Counted from the stretch's first letter, positions 20,111 through 28,673 are shown. The stretch: DNA of 64,000 bases from Desulfosudis oleivorans (GCA_020723305.1 DYJC01000001.1:392661-456660); one strand, 5' to 3'. Notes: generated from the letters alone by a model not told the origin. Numbers and translations: made by a program.

Positions 20111-20650
20111 ATGCAGACATCTGTAACCTTTAAGAACATTGACTCTTCTGATCATCTTAAATCTTTTCTTCAGGATAAGCTTAACAGGTTAGACAAACTC
20201 CTTGATAACCCGGCTGAAGCAAATGTTGTACTTTCAGTTGAAAAATTCCGTCATATTGCAGAAATCAGTCTGATTGGGGACAGACTGAACATTGTTGGAA
20301 AAGAAGAAACAAATGATATGTACTCAGCAATTGATATGGTTCTGGATAAATTGGAAACCCAGTTGAAAAAAAACAAACAAAAAATGAAAAAAAAGAGATC
20401 CGTATCCAGAAAAAAAAATAAAGGGTTTGACACACCCCCAGACATGCCATACCTGGAGGAAGACATACCCAGACAGATAAAAGTACGAAATATTGAATAT
20501 AAACCAATGGATGTAGAAGAAGCCATTATGCAGATGGACCTGGTTGATGACCACTTTTTTGTTTTTACAAATGCACGAACTGATCGGGTGAACGTACTTT
20601 ATCGTCGCTCAGACGGAGATTATGGGCTGATTCAGCCAAGTCGGATCTAA
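20111..20650 (+). CDS. hpf: Ribosome hibernation promoting factor (long HPF)
   Basis: An N-terminal S30AE/YfiA-like domain, a Lys-rich linker and a C-terminal dimerisation domain. It sits immediately after rpoN. Confidence 0.85.
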   Translation: MQTSVTFKNIDSSDHLKSFLQDKLNRLDKLLDNPAEANVVLSVEKFRHIAEISLIGDRLNIVGKEETNDMYSAIDMVLDKLETQLKKNKQKMKKKRSVSRKKNKGFDTPPDMPYLEEDIPRQIKVRNIEYKPMDVEEAIMQMDLVDDHFFVFTNARTDRVNVLYRRSDGDYGLIQPSRI

Positions 20651-20679
20651 ATTCCGGATATGGGTGTTGGTGATCATAT

Positions 20680-21138
20680 ATGAAAATTCTTGAAGTCTTA
20701 CATGAAGAAACTATATTAACAGATCTGAAGTCAACAGATAAAAAAGGAGTGCTGGAAGAGCTTGTCGTGCCGGTGGCCAAGATGACAGGAATTGACCGTG
20801 AAAAACTGGTTCGAATCATTATGGAAAGAGAGAGATTGGGAAGTACAGGCATTGATGGAGGAATTGGGATTCCTCATGGTAAACTTAAAGAACTCAAGGC
20901 ACCGGTTATTGGTTTTGGATTGAGCAAAAAGGGAGTTGATTTTGAGTCCATGGACGGAAGGCCGACCCATATTTTTTTTTTACTGTGTACCCCTGAAGAC
21001 TCTACCGGGCTGCACTTGAAGCTGCTGGCGCGAATTTCCCGTTTATTAAAAAACGAAGGACTCAAGAAAAAACTGAAAACGGTCTCAAAAAAAGAAGATG
21101 TGATATCAATCATTGAAGCGGATGACGAAGATTTTTAA
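20680..21138 (+). CDS. ptsN: PTS-Ntr EIIA (nitrogen regulatory protein)
   Basis: The GIGIPHGK active-site His region and conserved synteny after rpoN-hpf. Confidence 0.85.
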   Translation: MKILEVLHEETILTDLKSTDKKGVLEELVVPVAKMTGIDREKLVRIIMERERLGSTGIDGGIGIPHGKLKELKAPVIGFGLSKKGVDFESMDGRPTHIFFLLCTPEDSTGLHLKLLARISRLLKNEGLKKKLKTVSKKEDVISIIEADDEDF

Positions 21139-21195
21139 CAGGCACTGAAACAGCCCCTGTTTTTTCATTCAAAGGCATCCTTTCATTCGAACAAA

Positions 21196-21221
21196 GGGGA
21201 GTTATGAATTCATAACTCCCC
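21196..21221. repeat. Perfect 26-bp palindrome in the ptsN-rapZ spacer
   Basis: ggggagttatgaa|ttcataactcccc is centred on GAATTC. No U-run follows it. Confidence 0.8.
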
Positions 21222-21265
21222 TTCCCCCAAACAAAACAGGGGGAAATCTCCTTGGTCTTTTCAAC

Positions 21266-22129
21266 GTGGATAAAAAAAACATTACCATTATTTCAGGGCT
21301 TTCAGGCTCCGGAAAAAGTACGGCAATCGCTGCGTTCGAAGATGCAGGATTCTATTGTGTTGACAATATGCCGGTCTCGCTTTTGCCGCAATTCATCGAA
21401 CTTCCTTTGTATCATTCCCCGGATATATCCGGTTTTGTATTTGGAATGGATCTTCGGGATAAAGAATTCATCCTGAAGTATCAGAAAGTTGTGCAAAAAC
21501 TGAATTCAGATGGATATAAGCTAAGAATCCTGTTTCTCGAAGCAGATGATGAGATCCTGAGGAGGCGTTACAGCCAGACCAGAAGACATCATCCGTTTTC
21601 TTCCCATAAAACCATTATGGATGGAATCCGTGATGAACGAAATCAGCTTAAAAGCCTGAGAAAACATGCCCATAAAATTATTGATACGTCAGCGCTCAAT
21701 GTCCATGAACTGAAATCAATTATTTTCAAATATGTCCGGGAAAATATCACCATCAATACCATGCAGACCCACATCATGTCTTTTGGCTTCAAGCAAGGTA
21801 TCCCGAATGATTCAGACCTGATTATTGATGTACGGTTTTTAAAAAATCCATATTTTATACCAGAGCTTAAGCCATATGATGGTGAAAACAAAGCGGTTCA
21901 GGATTTTGTATTGAACACGGAAGAGGCTCAAACTTTTTTAAAAAAGTATATGGATTTGCTTGACTATTTGCTTCCTTTGTATGAAAAGGAGGGAAAAGCA
22001 TATCTAACCATAGCTTTCGGATGCACAGGCGGCAGACACCGCAGTGTTACAATCGCAAAAAAAATATACGAACACCTTACCCTTCAGGGTAAACAGGTCG
22101 CAATTACACATCGTGATAAAGGAGATTAA
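21266..22129 (+). CDS. rapZ: RNase adapter / nucleotide-binding protein RapZ
   Basis: GLSGSGKSTA P-loop, C-terminal GCTGGRHRSV motif, GTG start. Confidence 0.9.
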   Translation: MDKKNITIISGLSGSGKSTAIAAFEDAGFYCVDNMPVSLLPQFIELPLYHSPDISGFVFGMDLRDKEFILKYQKVVQKLNSDGYKLRILFLEADDEILRRRYSQTRRHHPFSSHKTIMDGIRDERNQLKSLRKHAHKIIDTSALNVHELKSIIFKYVRENITINTMQTHIMSFGFKQGIPNDSDLIIDVRFLKNPYFIPELKPYDGENKAVQDFVLNTEEAQTFLKKYMDLLDYLLPLYEKEGKAYLTIAFGCTGGRHRSVTIAKKIYEHLTLQGKQVAITHRDKGD

Positions 22130-22234
22130 TTTTTTGGCGTCCTGTTCGAATCAGTTTTAAATTGCCATTTGTTTGATTGTAATGTTTCAAAAAGACCCCG
22201 ATAGATCGGGAATCAAGTAAAAAGAAGAGGATTC

Positions 22235-22648
22235 ATGATCGGTATCGTTATTGCGACACATTGTAAACTGGGAGACGCCTTGATTGACGCAGCCGAATTC
22301 ATACTCGGGAAACGGCCGGAAGGTGTTGTCTCCATATCCATTGATCTGAAAGATAACCCAAAAAAATTATTGGATAAAATATCGGATGGAATGAAACAGG
22401 TTCACCAGAACAAGGGCGTGCTGATCCTGACGGATATGTTCGGCGGTACTCCCTCCAACCTGAGCTATTCCTTTCTGGAAGAAGGACGCGTTGAGGTATT
22501 ATCCGGTGTGAATCTTCCGATCCTGATCAAGGCATTGCGACTACGCAATGAAATGAGCTTAAGCGAAATCGCAAAAAGTCTGGAAGAATTTGGAAAAAAA
22601 AGCATATCCCTTGCCAGTGGAATTCTGAAGGGACAGAGCCGGAGCTGA
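22235..22648 (+). CDS. PTS EIIA component, mannose/fructose family
   Basis: MIGIVIATHCKLG has the active-site His near the N-terminus. The 137-aa size is typical of EIIA-Man. Confidence 0.72.
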   Translation: MIGIVIATHCKLGDALIDAAEFILGKRPEGVVSISIDLKDNPKKLLDKISDGMKQVHQNKGVLILTDMFGGTPSNLSYSFLEEGRVEVLSGVNLPILIKALRLRNEMSLSEIAKSLEEFGKKSISLASGILKGQSRS

Positions 22649-22652
22649 ACGA

Positions 22653-23144
22653 TTGGAACCCTGGCAGATCAAGCTTGTTCAAACAGAAGACATAGATCAG
22701 ATCCTTGAAATCGAAAGAGAACTTTTTCCAAAGCCCTGGGACCGGGCATCTTATGAAAATGAGTTGACCTGTGAGGGTTCTTACAGCTTTGCCATTACGC
22801 TTGCCGAGCCGGATAACTGCTCTCTGATCATTGCATATATCTGTTTTCGCATTGTCATGGATGAGATGCATCTCTTTAAAATCGGAGTGGCAAAAAAATG
22901 GCAAAATATTGGGTTAGCGGCATATTTATGTCAGGAAAGCATAAAGTTTTCATCTGAAAAAGGAGCTGTTGTTGTTTATCTTGAAGTTCGTATTTCAAAT
23001 ATCCCTGCGATCTCATTTTACCGCAAGCTGGGTTTTACGATTGTTGGCAAACGGCCCCGTTATTATCCGGAAACCGGTGAAGATGCTCTTGTGATGATGA
23101 AACAGATCAATAAAATGAAATCTATCTTTAATTCATCCGCCTAA
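22653..23144 (+). CDS. rimI: GNAT N-acetyltransferase, RimI-like
   Basis: GNAT motif A region (IGVAKKWQNIGLAAYL) and the RimI-like ending YYPETGEDALVMM. TTG start, exact start uncertain. Confidence 0.6.
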   Translation: MEPWQIKLVQTEDIDQILEIERELFPKPWDRASYENELTCEGSYSFAITLAEPDNCSLIIAYICFRIVMDEMHLFKIGVAKKWQNIGLAAYLCQESIKFSSEKGAVVVYLEVRISNIPAISFYRKLGFTIVGKRPRYYPETGEDALVMMKQINKMKSIFNSSA

Positions 23145-23239
23145 AAAAAGTATCCCAAAGAGTCTTGGTATTTCATTGTAATATTATCTTAACAACTGAT
23201 AATTCAAATTTTTGCAGTCAATTTTAAAGGAGGAAAAAT

Positions 23240-24244
23240 ATGAGTATTAAAATGGCGATTAATGGTTTTGGAAGAATCGGAAGAGTTGTATGCCGAGCTG
23301 CAATGGAACGCTCTGACATTGAAATTGTTGCAATTAACGATCTGACAAGCCCGGAAACCCTGGCACATCTGCTGACCTATGACTCGGTTCATGGTAAACT
23401 TGAAAATGACATTTCAGCAAAGGATGATTCCATAGTCATTGACGGCAAACCCATTGCTGTAACCTCGATCAAAGACCCTGCAAATCTTCGCTGGAAAGAG
23501 TTTGGTGTGGATATCGTGGCAGAGTGTACCGGCCTGTTCGTTAACCGTGAAGGCGCCGGCAAGCACATGGCAGCCGGAGCCCGGAAAGTCATTATTTCCG
23601 CACCGGCCACTGATCCGGACATCACGATTGTCATGGGTGTCAACTCCACCCAGTACGATCCGAGACAGCATCATATCATTTCCAATGCATCCTGCACCAC
23701 TAACTGTCTCGCTCCTGTTGCCAAGGTTCTACTTGAGAACTTCGGCATCAAATGCGGCCTGATGACCACGGTTCATTCTTATACAGGGGATCAGCGCCTC
23801 CTTGACTTTCCTCACAAAGATCTGAGACGGGCAAGGTCCGCAGCGCTTTCGATGATCCCGACAACCACCGGTGCAGCCAAAGCCGTCGCACTGGTACTGC
23901 CGGAACTGAAGGGAAAGCTGAACGGTCTGGCCATCCGTGTCCCCACACCGAATGTTTCGATTGTCGACCTGGTCGTGACCATCGAAAAAGCAGGCATCAC
24001 GGTTTCACAAATCAATGAAGCGTTGCAGGAAGCATCTGAAAAAGCGCTTGCCGGAATACTGGGATACAGCGACAAACCGCTGGTATCATCTGATTTTAAC
24101 GGCGTCCGGCTATCATCTATTGTGGATGGCCCGACAACCTATGTCATCAACGACATGGTCAAGGTTATGGCATGGTACGACAATGAAACCGGCTACTCCA
24201 ACCGCCTGGTGGATCTGGCTGTCATGGTCGGCTCACAGCTTTGA
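23240..24244 (+). CDS. gap: Glyceraldehyde-3-phosphate dehydrogenase (type I)
   Basis: INGFGRIGR Rossmann motif and active site SNASCTTNCLAP. Confidence 0.96.
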   Translation: MSIKMAINGFGRIGRVVCRAAMERSDIEIVAINDLTSPETLAHLLTYDSVHGKLENDISAKDDSIVIDGKPIAVTSIKDPANLRWKEFGVDIVAECTGLFVNREGAGKHMAAGARKVIISAPATDPDITIVMGVNSTQYDPRQHHIISNASCTTNCLAPVAKVLLENFGIKCGLMTTVHSYTGDQRLLDFPHKDLRRARSAALSMIPTTTGAAKAVALVLPELKGKLNGLAIRVPTPNVSIVDLVVTIEKAGITVSQINEALQEASEKALAGILGYSDKPLVSSDFNGVRLSSIVDGPTTYVINDMVKVMAWYDNETGYSNRLVDLAVMVGSQL

Positions 24245-24352
24245 TTGACTTGTAAAGAAATACCTGAAACCTGTTGAATTAAAACTGGTTTCAGGTATTG
24301 TTCTATTTTTAAAAAAAAGATTCGTATTGATACACTGACAAGGAGACATGGA

Positions 24353-25108
24353 ATGGGAAAACGGAAACCCTTGATTGCCGGAAACTGGAAAATGTTTAAA
24401 ACCTGCACTGAGGCAGTGGAGACTGCATCAAAGCTTGTCAAGCTGTCATCCAACGTGACAGATACCGATATCATGATCGCACCGACCTTCACCTCCCTTG
24501 CGCTGGTCTCAAAAGTCGTTGCCGGAACCAATGTCGGGCTCGGAGCCCAGAATCTTTTCTGGGAAGCCCAGGGTGCGTATACCGGAGAGATATCCGCCCA
24601 GATGATCCTGTCTGCCGGATGCAGCTATGTGATCATCGGCCATTCCGAGCGCCGCCAGTTTTTTAGTGAAACCGATTCATCTGTCAATAAAAAAATCAAT
24701 TCCGCCATACAGTCCGGACTGATACCGGTCATGTGCATAGGTGAAACCGGCCCGGAAAGGGATGCGGATAAAACATTTTCTATTCTTGACAAACAGGTGC
24801 AAATGGGGTTAGAAGGTTTTTCTTCGGGGAATCTTCGTTCTCTGGTGATTGCCTACGAGCCGGTCTGGGCCATTGGAACAGGTAAAACCGCTACCAGCGG
24901 CCAGGCACAGGAGGTTCACCGGTTTTTGCGGTCCCTGATTGAAAAAAAATTTGACAAAAACCTTGCTGAGTCCATCAGGATATTATATGGAGGGAGCGTC
25001 AAACCGGACAATATTGCAGAATTGATGTCCATGCCGGATATCGACGGAGCATTGGTTGGCGGCGCAAGCCTGGATCCGGAAGTTTTCAGCAAAATTATAC
25101 ACTTTTAG
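24353..25108 (+). CDS. tpiA: Triose-phosphate isomerase
   Basis: AGNWKM, IIGHSERR and AYEPVWAIGTG motifs. Confidence 0.96.
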   Translation: MGKRKPLIAGNWKMFKTCTEAVETASKLVKLSSNVTDTDIMIAPTFTSLALVSKVVAGTNVGLGAQNLFWEAQGAYTGEISAQMILSAGCSYVIIGHSERRQFFSETDSSVNKKINSAIQSGLIPVMCIGETGPERDADKTFSILDKQVQMGLEGFSSGNLRSLVIAYEPVWAIGTGKTATSGQAQEVHRFLRSLIEKKFDKNLAESIRILYGGSVKPDNIAELMSMPDIDGALVGGASLDPEVFSKIIHF

Positions 25109-25131
25109 GGTAAGGTTTATCTGGTCATTAT

Positions 25132-25569
25132 ATGGAAATTTTAATCGTAACACTGCATGTTATCGTATGTCTGGCACTGATCATGATCGTGCTGCTTCAG
25201 ACCGGTAAAGGTGCGGATATGGGGGCCGCTTTTGGCGGCGGCAGCAGCCAGACTCTTTTCGGCAGCACCGGAGCCAGCACATTTTTGAGCAAGGCAACCA
25301 CGGTTGCAGCCATCGTCTTCATGGGGACCTGTTTCCTGCTGGCCTATCTGTCTGCTAATCGCGAGTCCAGTTCCATCATGAAAGAGGCAAAAACCAGTAC
25401 TGAACAGACAGTTCCTGTTCAAACAGCGCCGACTGCCCAGCCCGCAGCAAAAGCACCGGAAGCACCGGCTGCACCAGCCACAGCCAAGGCTCCAGCGCAA
25501 CAAGCGGCTGCTGAAACACCGGCTGCACCGGCCCAGACCGGAAAAGCTTCTCCAGCCAAGGCTGAATAA
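25132..25569 (+). CDS. secG: Preprotein translocase subunit SecG with Ala/Pro-rich C-terminal tail
   Basis: Two TM segments flank the GGGSSQTLFG motif. The position after tpiA is conserved. There is an extra tail of about 45 aa rich in A/P/K/Q. Confidence 0.82.
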   Translation: MEILIVTLHVIVCLALIMIVLLQTGKGADMGAAFGGGSSQTLFGSTGASTFLSKATTVAAIVFMGTCFLLAYLSANRESSSIMKEAKTSTEQTVPVQTAPTAQPAAKAPEAPAAPATAKAPAQQAAAETPAAPAQTGKASPAKAE

Positions 25570-25582
25570 AAAGATACCTCGT

Positions 25583-25667
25583 GCCGAAGTGGTGGAATTG
25601 GTAGACACGCTATCTTGAGGGGGTAGTGGTAACAACCGTGCCGGTTCAAGTCCGGCCTTCGGCACCA
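25583..25667 (+). tRNA. tRNA-Leu (anticodon GAG), long variable arm, CCA encoded
   Basis: Acceptor stem GCCGAAG/CTTCGGC, D-arm GTGGTGGAATTGGTAGACAC, anticodon stem CTATC/GGTAG with loop TTGAGGG, T-arm GGTTCAAGTCC, and a 3' ACCA. Confidence 0.9.
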
Positions 25668-25687
25668 TCCAATAAAAATACAAAAAA

Positions 25688-25718
25688 GGGGTTATGCGAA
25701 AAGCATAATCCCTTTTTT
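25688..25718 (+). terminator. Rho-independent terminator after tRNA-Leu
   Basis: ggggttatgc-gaaaa-gcataatccc forms the stem-loop, followed by a T6 run. Confidence 0.7.
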
Positions 25719-25881
25719 GTGTAACAAGTTAAACCCGTTCATCCTCTCCCATCAAAATGAGACCTGTCAGATCTGTTTTTCAAATCACAGAAATGTGGTT
25801 TCGTGCGAAAAACCTCTCAATCTTCCCGAAGGGCAGCGCACTTCCACTACATTCCCCCGAGGGGGCGCAGGGTGTAAATTC

Positions 25882-26133
25882 AAAAAACACACGCAACCAC
25901 CCCAAAACCACGCGCACCAACCGCCGCTCCATGAATAATTTTAAGACTTCGTCGTTCAAACTCATGAATAAGGGATCGTAAGCAAAAAACAGGTGTGCAA
26001 AACTTTAGGAACGCGCTCAAATCAGCCAAAGATATCAGAATCAAATTGCAGCCGGGAAATGAAGCTGTTTTTTGCCAACGATCCCTAATTCATTCAGACA
26101 GTGAACGACTTCGCTATAAAATCATTCATTGCG
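25882..26133 (+). repeat. Left repeat module (alpha unit -> 72-bp unique spacer <- beta unit)
   Basis: It is the reverse complement of 27185..27433 except for the central spacer. The alpha unit is 25929-25992 plus a conserved 47-bp leader, and the beta unit is 26065-26132. The two units are themselves mutually inverted homologs. Confidence 0.8.
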
Positions 26134-26234
26134 CTCTTGCTGTATTAAAAACTGAATTTTGGTTGTTATCCGAAATACTTTGTACAATTTGTCAATGTCC
26201 CTATAGTTTCCTATAGTTCCTAATTCATATTTTA

Positions 26235-26270
26235 ATGTACGTCCCATATCCCATGTACGTCCCATATCCC
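26235..26270 (+). repeat. Tandem direct repeat, 2 x 18 bp (atgtacgtcccatatccc)
   Basis: Two exact adjacent copies, abutting the truncated alpha unit at 26272. Confidence 0.9.
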
Positions 26271-26271
26271 A

Positions 26272-26317
26272 CACGAGTTTGAACGACGCAGTCTTAAAAT
26301 TATTCATGGAGCGGTGG
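26272..26317 (-). repeat. Truncated third copy of the alpha repeat unit
   Basis: cacgagtttgaacgacgcagtcttaaaattattcatggagcggtgg is nearly identical to 27348-27393, the right-module alpha unit. The inner half of the unit is missing. Confidence 0.8.
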
Positions 26318-26493
26318 TCAACGATTATACCAACAAATTTGTTGCCAACTATCCGGTTGGGATCATAAGGTCATATATTTTTCATACGGATAAAGGGAAT
26401 GCCCCTGAAAACCGGTTGACATTTTACCCTGAGACTGCATATTATGATGTCATAATGAATCTATAGAGCGCCATCATTTATGGAGGATTTCCT

Positions 26494-26754
26494 ATGAAAA
26501 CCATAACCATCAGGGGTCTGAATGAACATTTATCCGAAAAGCTAAAACAGGCAGCCAAGAAAGAAGCCAAAAGCATCAACCAGTTTGTAATCGACTCCAT
26601 CCGGAAATCATTAGGAGAAGAAAAAGAAAAAAAATTCAGCGTTATACATCATGATATGGACCACCTTTTCGGCAAATGGTCTGAAAAAGAATATAAACAA
26701 ATTGAAAAAACCATCCATATGGAACGGAAGATTGATAAGGAACTCTGGCCATGA
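26494..26754 (+). CDS. vapB: Ribbon-helix-helix antitoxin (VapB/FitA-like)
   Basis: MKTITIRGLNEHLSEKLKQAAKKEAKSINQFVIDSIRKSL shows the RHH pattern. There is a 4-bp ATGA overlap with the downstream PIN gene. Confidence 0.7.
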   Translation: MKTITIRGLNEHLSEKLKQAAKKEAKSINQFVIDSIRKSLGEEKEKKFSVIHHDMDHLFGKWSEKEYKQIEKTIHMERKIDKELWP

Positions 26755-27143
26755 AGCATCTGCTGATTGACACCAACATCTATTCCAGCGCTATGCGTGG
26801 AGACAAAACAGTCATTGCTGTTCTCCAGCAGGCGGATGAAATTGGAATCTGTTCCATCAGTATTGGCGAACTCCTTTCCGGCTTCAAAGCAGGCGGCCAG
26901 GAAGGAAAAAACAGAAAAGAGCTTGAAGCGTTTCTGGATGCCCCGCGCGTGACATCTTATCAGATCGATGAAAACACGGCTGATTTTTATGCTGAAATAC
27001 TGAATGCATTGAGAAAAGCCGGAACCCCGATTCCCACCAATGACATATGGATTGCTTCCGTTGCCTTTCAACATGGATTAAGGCTGTTCACGAAAGATCA
27101 TCATTTTAATACCATCACCGGTTTGCTGCGAGTAGAACCATAA
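26751..27143 (+). CDS. vapC: PIN-domain toxin VapC
   Basis: LLIDTNI (first acidic residue), GELLSG, TNDIWIA and FTKDHHF motifs. The 130-aa size fits. Confidence 0.85.
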   Translation: MKHLLIDTNIYSSAMRGDKTVIAVLQQADEIGICSISIGELLSGFKAGGQEGKNRKELEAFLDAPRVTSYQIDENTADFYAEILNALRKAGTPIPTNDIWIASVAFQHGLRLFTKDHHFNTITGLLRVEP

Positions 27144-27184
27144 CATGGGACCGGGACGAGATTATTCTGCTTCATGGCAATAGC

Positions 27185-27433
27185 GGAATGAATGATTTTA
27201 TAGCGGAGTCGTTCACTGTCTGAGTGGGTTAGGGATCATTAGTAAAAAACAGCATCAACTGCCGACCGGAATTCATCACGAATAAAGACGGCAAACCTGA
27301 CTGCTTGTTAATTTTTCCGATTCTGTTTTTTACTTATGATCCCTTATCCACGAGTTTGAACGACGCAGTCTTAAAATTATTCATGGAGCGGTGGTTGATG
27401 CGCATTGTTTTGGGGTGGTTGTGTGTGTTTTTT
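27185..27433 (-). repeat. Right repeat module (inverted copy of 25882..26133 with a different 70-bp spacer)
   Basis: Beta unit 27186-27252, spacer 27253-27322, alpha unit 27323-27386, plus the conserved leader to 27433. It ends 14 bp from the stop of the Lif-like gene. Confidence 0.8.
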
Positions 27434-27446
27434 CGATTCGTACTGT

Positions 27447-28520
27447 CTAGTTTCTTCCATACACCCGTGGCCGGTTAAACCGGAAAAAATTATCCTTTTC
27501 TTCCAGCTCAATGGTTTTGGCTTCGTGCTTGAAATGTTTTTCGCGAAGCTCTTTTAAACGGGCATCCAGTGCTTCTCCTTCAAGCTCTTGTGTAGCATGT
27601 TCGCGCTCTTCCATGTATGTCAGACCCTCTGCCCATCGGCATTCCTGATATTCGTCGCGTTGCTCCATTTTTTCAATCTGTTCCTGAGAAAAACCTATTT
27701 CTCTTCGAATCCGGTTGATTTCAACCCTGCGCTGCTCCGGGCTCAGACTTTTGAGTTCATTCTGAACAGAATCAATGCCGAAGAACACCTTTGCCAGCAT
27801 ATCCTTGTTCTGCAATACATAGGCTTCCGGAGAGTTCTGATACGCTTCCTGGATCGATGTCTGATAGAGATCCAGTTTTTCATGAATGGGAATGTCATCG
27901 GCCTTGTCCAGAAAATCCAGTGCATCCCGCACATTCTGCTTTCTTTTCTCATAGGCCAGTACTTCCTCGGACCAGATTTCGCTTGCATCATCCCCGAAGA
28001 ATTCCTTCCGTTTTTCCCATAACAGGCCCTGCTTTTCGACGCTGTTCATCCTGGACAGTTCATCTGCGTTTTCTTCCATCCAGCGTTGATACTGCTCCAG
28101 CTTCGCCAGAACCTTCATGATCTCATCTGCCAGATCCGGGAAAGCCCGTTTAAGGATATTGTAAAACCGGCTTTCTCCATCCTCAGGATAAAGCCTCATG
28201 ACGAATTTTTTGACTTTCAATAGTATGACCTGTGTGCTTTTTTCCGAAATTGTCTTGCCGTAGAATTCTTTCAATTCCTTTACCAGTCGGTCTTCGATGG
28301 AAGGCGCTGATTGCTCCTGGCCTGTTTCAGGAGCAGACTTGTCAAGCATCAGCTGCTGCCTGTCATGGTTTGCCGGAATGCCGGCCACTGAACCTGATTT
28401 ACCGGACAACCTTCCTGAGTCTGCCGTCAGATAATAGCCAAATCCTGCTGCGGACAGAAAAACAACTACTGCAATTATCCCCCACTTTACCTTCCTTTTC
28501 CGGAAAAAGGACTCTTTCAT
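27447..28520 (-). CDS. Membrane-anchored all-helical protein, lipase-specific foldase (Lif)-like
   Basis: N-terminal TM anchor (WGIIAVVVFLSAAGFGYYL) followed by a long charged helical region. Segments such as FFGDDASEIWSEEVLAYEKRK and SPEQRRVEINRIRREIGFSQEQIEKMEQRDE resemble Lif repeats. It lies immediately downstream of a lipase gene. The assignment is by resemblance only. Confidence 0.5.
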   Translation of the reverse strand: MKESFFRKRKVKWGIIAVVVFLSAAGFGYYLTADSGRLSGKSGSVAGIPANHDRQQLMLDKSAPETGQEQSAPSIEDRLVKELKEFYGKTISEKSTQVILLKVKKFVMRLYPEDGESRFYNILKRAFPDLADEIMKVLAKLEQYQRWMEENADELSRMNSVEKQGLLWEKRKEFFGDDASEIWSEEVLAYEKRKQNVRDALDFLDKADDIPIHEKLDLYQTSIQEAYQNSPEAYVLQNKDMLAKVFFGIDSVQNELKSLSPEQRRVEINRIRREIGFSQEQIEKMEQRDEYQECRWAEGLTYMEEREHATQELEGEALDARLKELREKHFKHEAKTIELEEKDNFFRFNRPRVYGRN

Positions 28521-28572
28521 CTTGATTCTCCGCGATAAAAAAACAATTCATTTTCTGAAAGAATAAAAAAAA

Positions 28573-28609
28573 GGGGGACATGGAAAACGTCTGTTATCCT
28601 TCTGCCCCC
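28573..28609. terminator. Hairpin flanked by an A8 and a T6 run (bidirectional terminator-like) between the lipase and Lif-like genes
   Basis: The ggggg...ccccc stem is flanked by aaaaaaaa on the 5' side and tttttt on the 3' side. Confidence 0.45.
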
Positions 28610-28673
28610 TTTTTTAAAAGGGTCATATGTTCACTTCAGCACAACAATCTGCCACAAACTGTTTTCCTTTTAT

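Noticed and set aside
25141-25683. A 180-aa minus-strand ORF.
   Set aside because: It lies fully antisense to secG and runs through the tRNA-Leu gene. Its Cys/Arg/Gly-rich sequence is the mirror image of the GC-rich Ala/Pro tail of secG.
25931-25981. A conserved 16-codon mini-ORF inside the alpha repeat units (MNNFKTSSFKLMNKGS). A sister copy lies on the minus strand at 27384->27334 (MNNFKTASFKLVDKGS), and a beta-unit version reads MNDFIAKSFTV.
   Set aside because: There is no Shine-Dalgarno sequence. Nucleotide conservation extends equally into the upstream non-ORF leader. Of the four differences between the copies, three are non-synonymous, so there is no sign of purifying selection on a peptide.
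26235-26270. Possible CRISPR-like repeats.
   Set aside because: There are only two directly adjacent 18-bp copies with no spacers, and no cas genes are in the window.
25882-27433. Interpreting the repeat modules as integron attC sites flanking a vapBC gene cassette.
   Set aside because: No intI integrase or attI site is in the window. The units lack recognisable R''/R' cores (RYYYAAC / GTTRRRY). At about 200-250 bp, the modules are longer than typical attC sites. This remains only a structural analogy.
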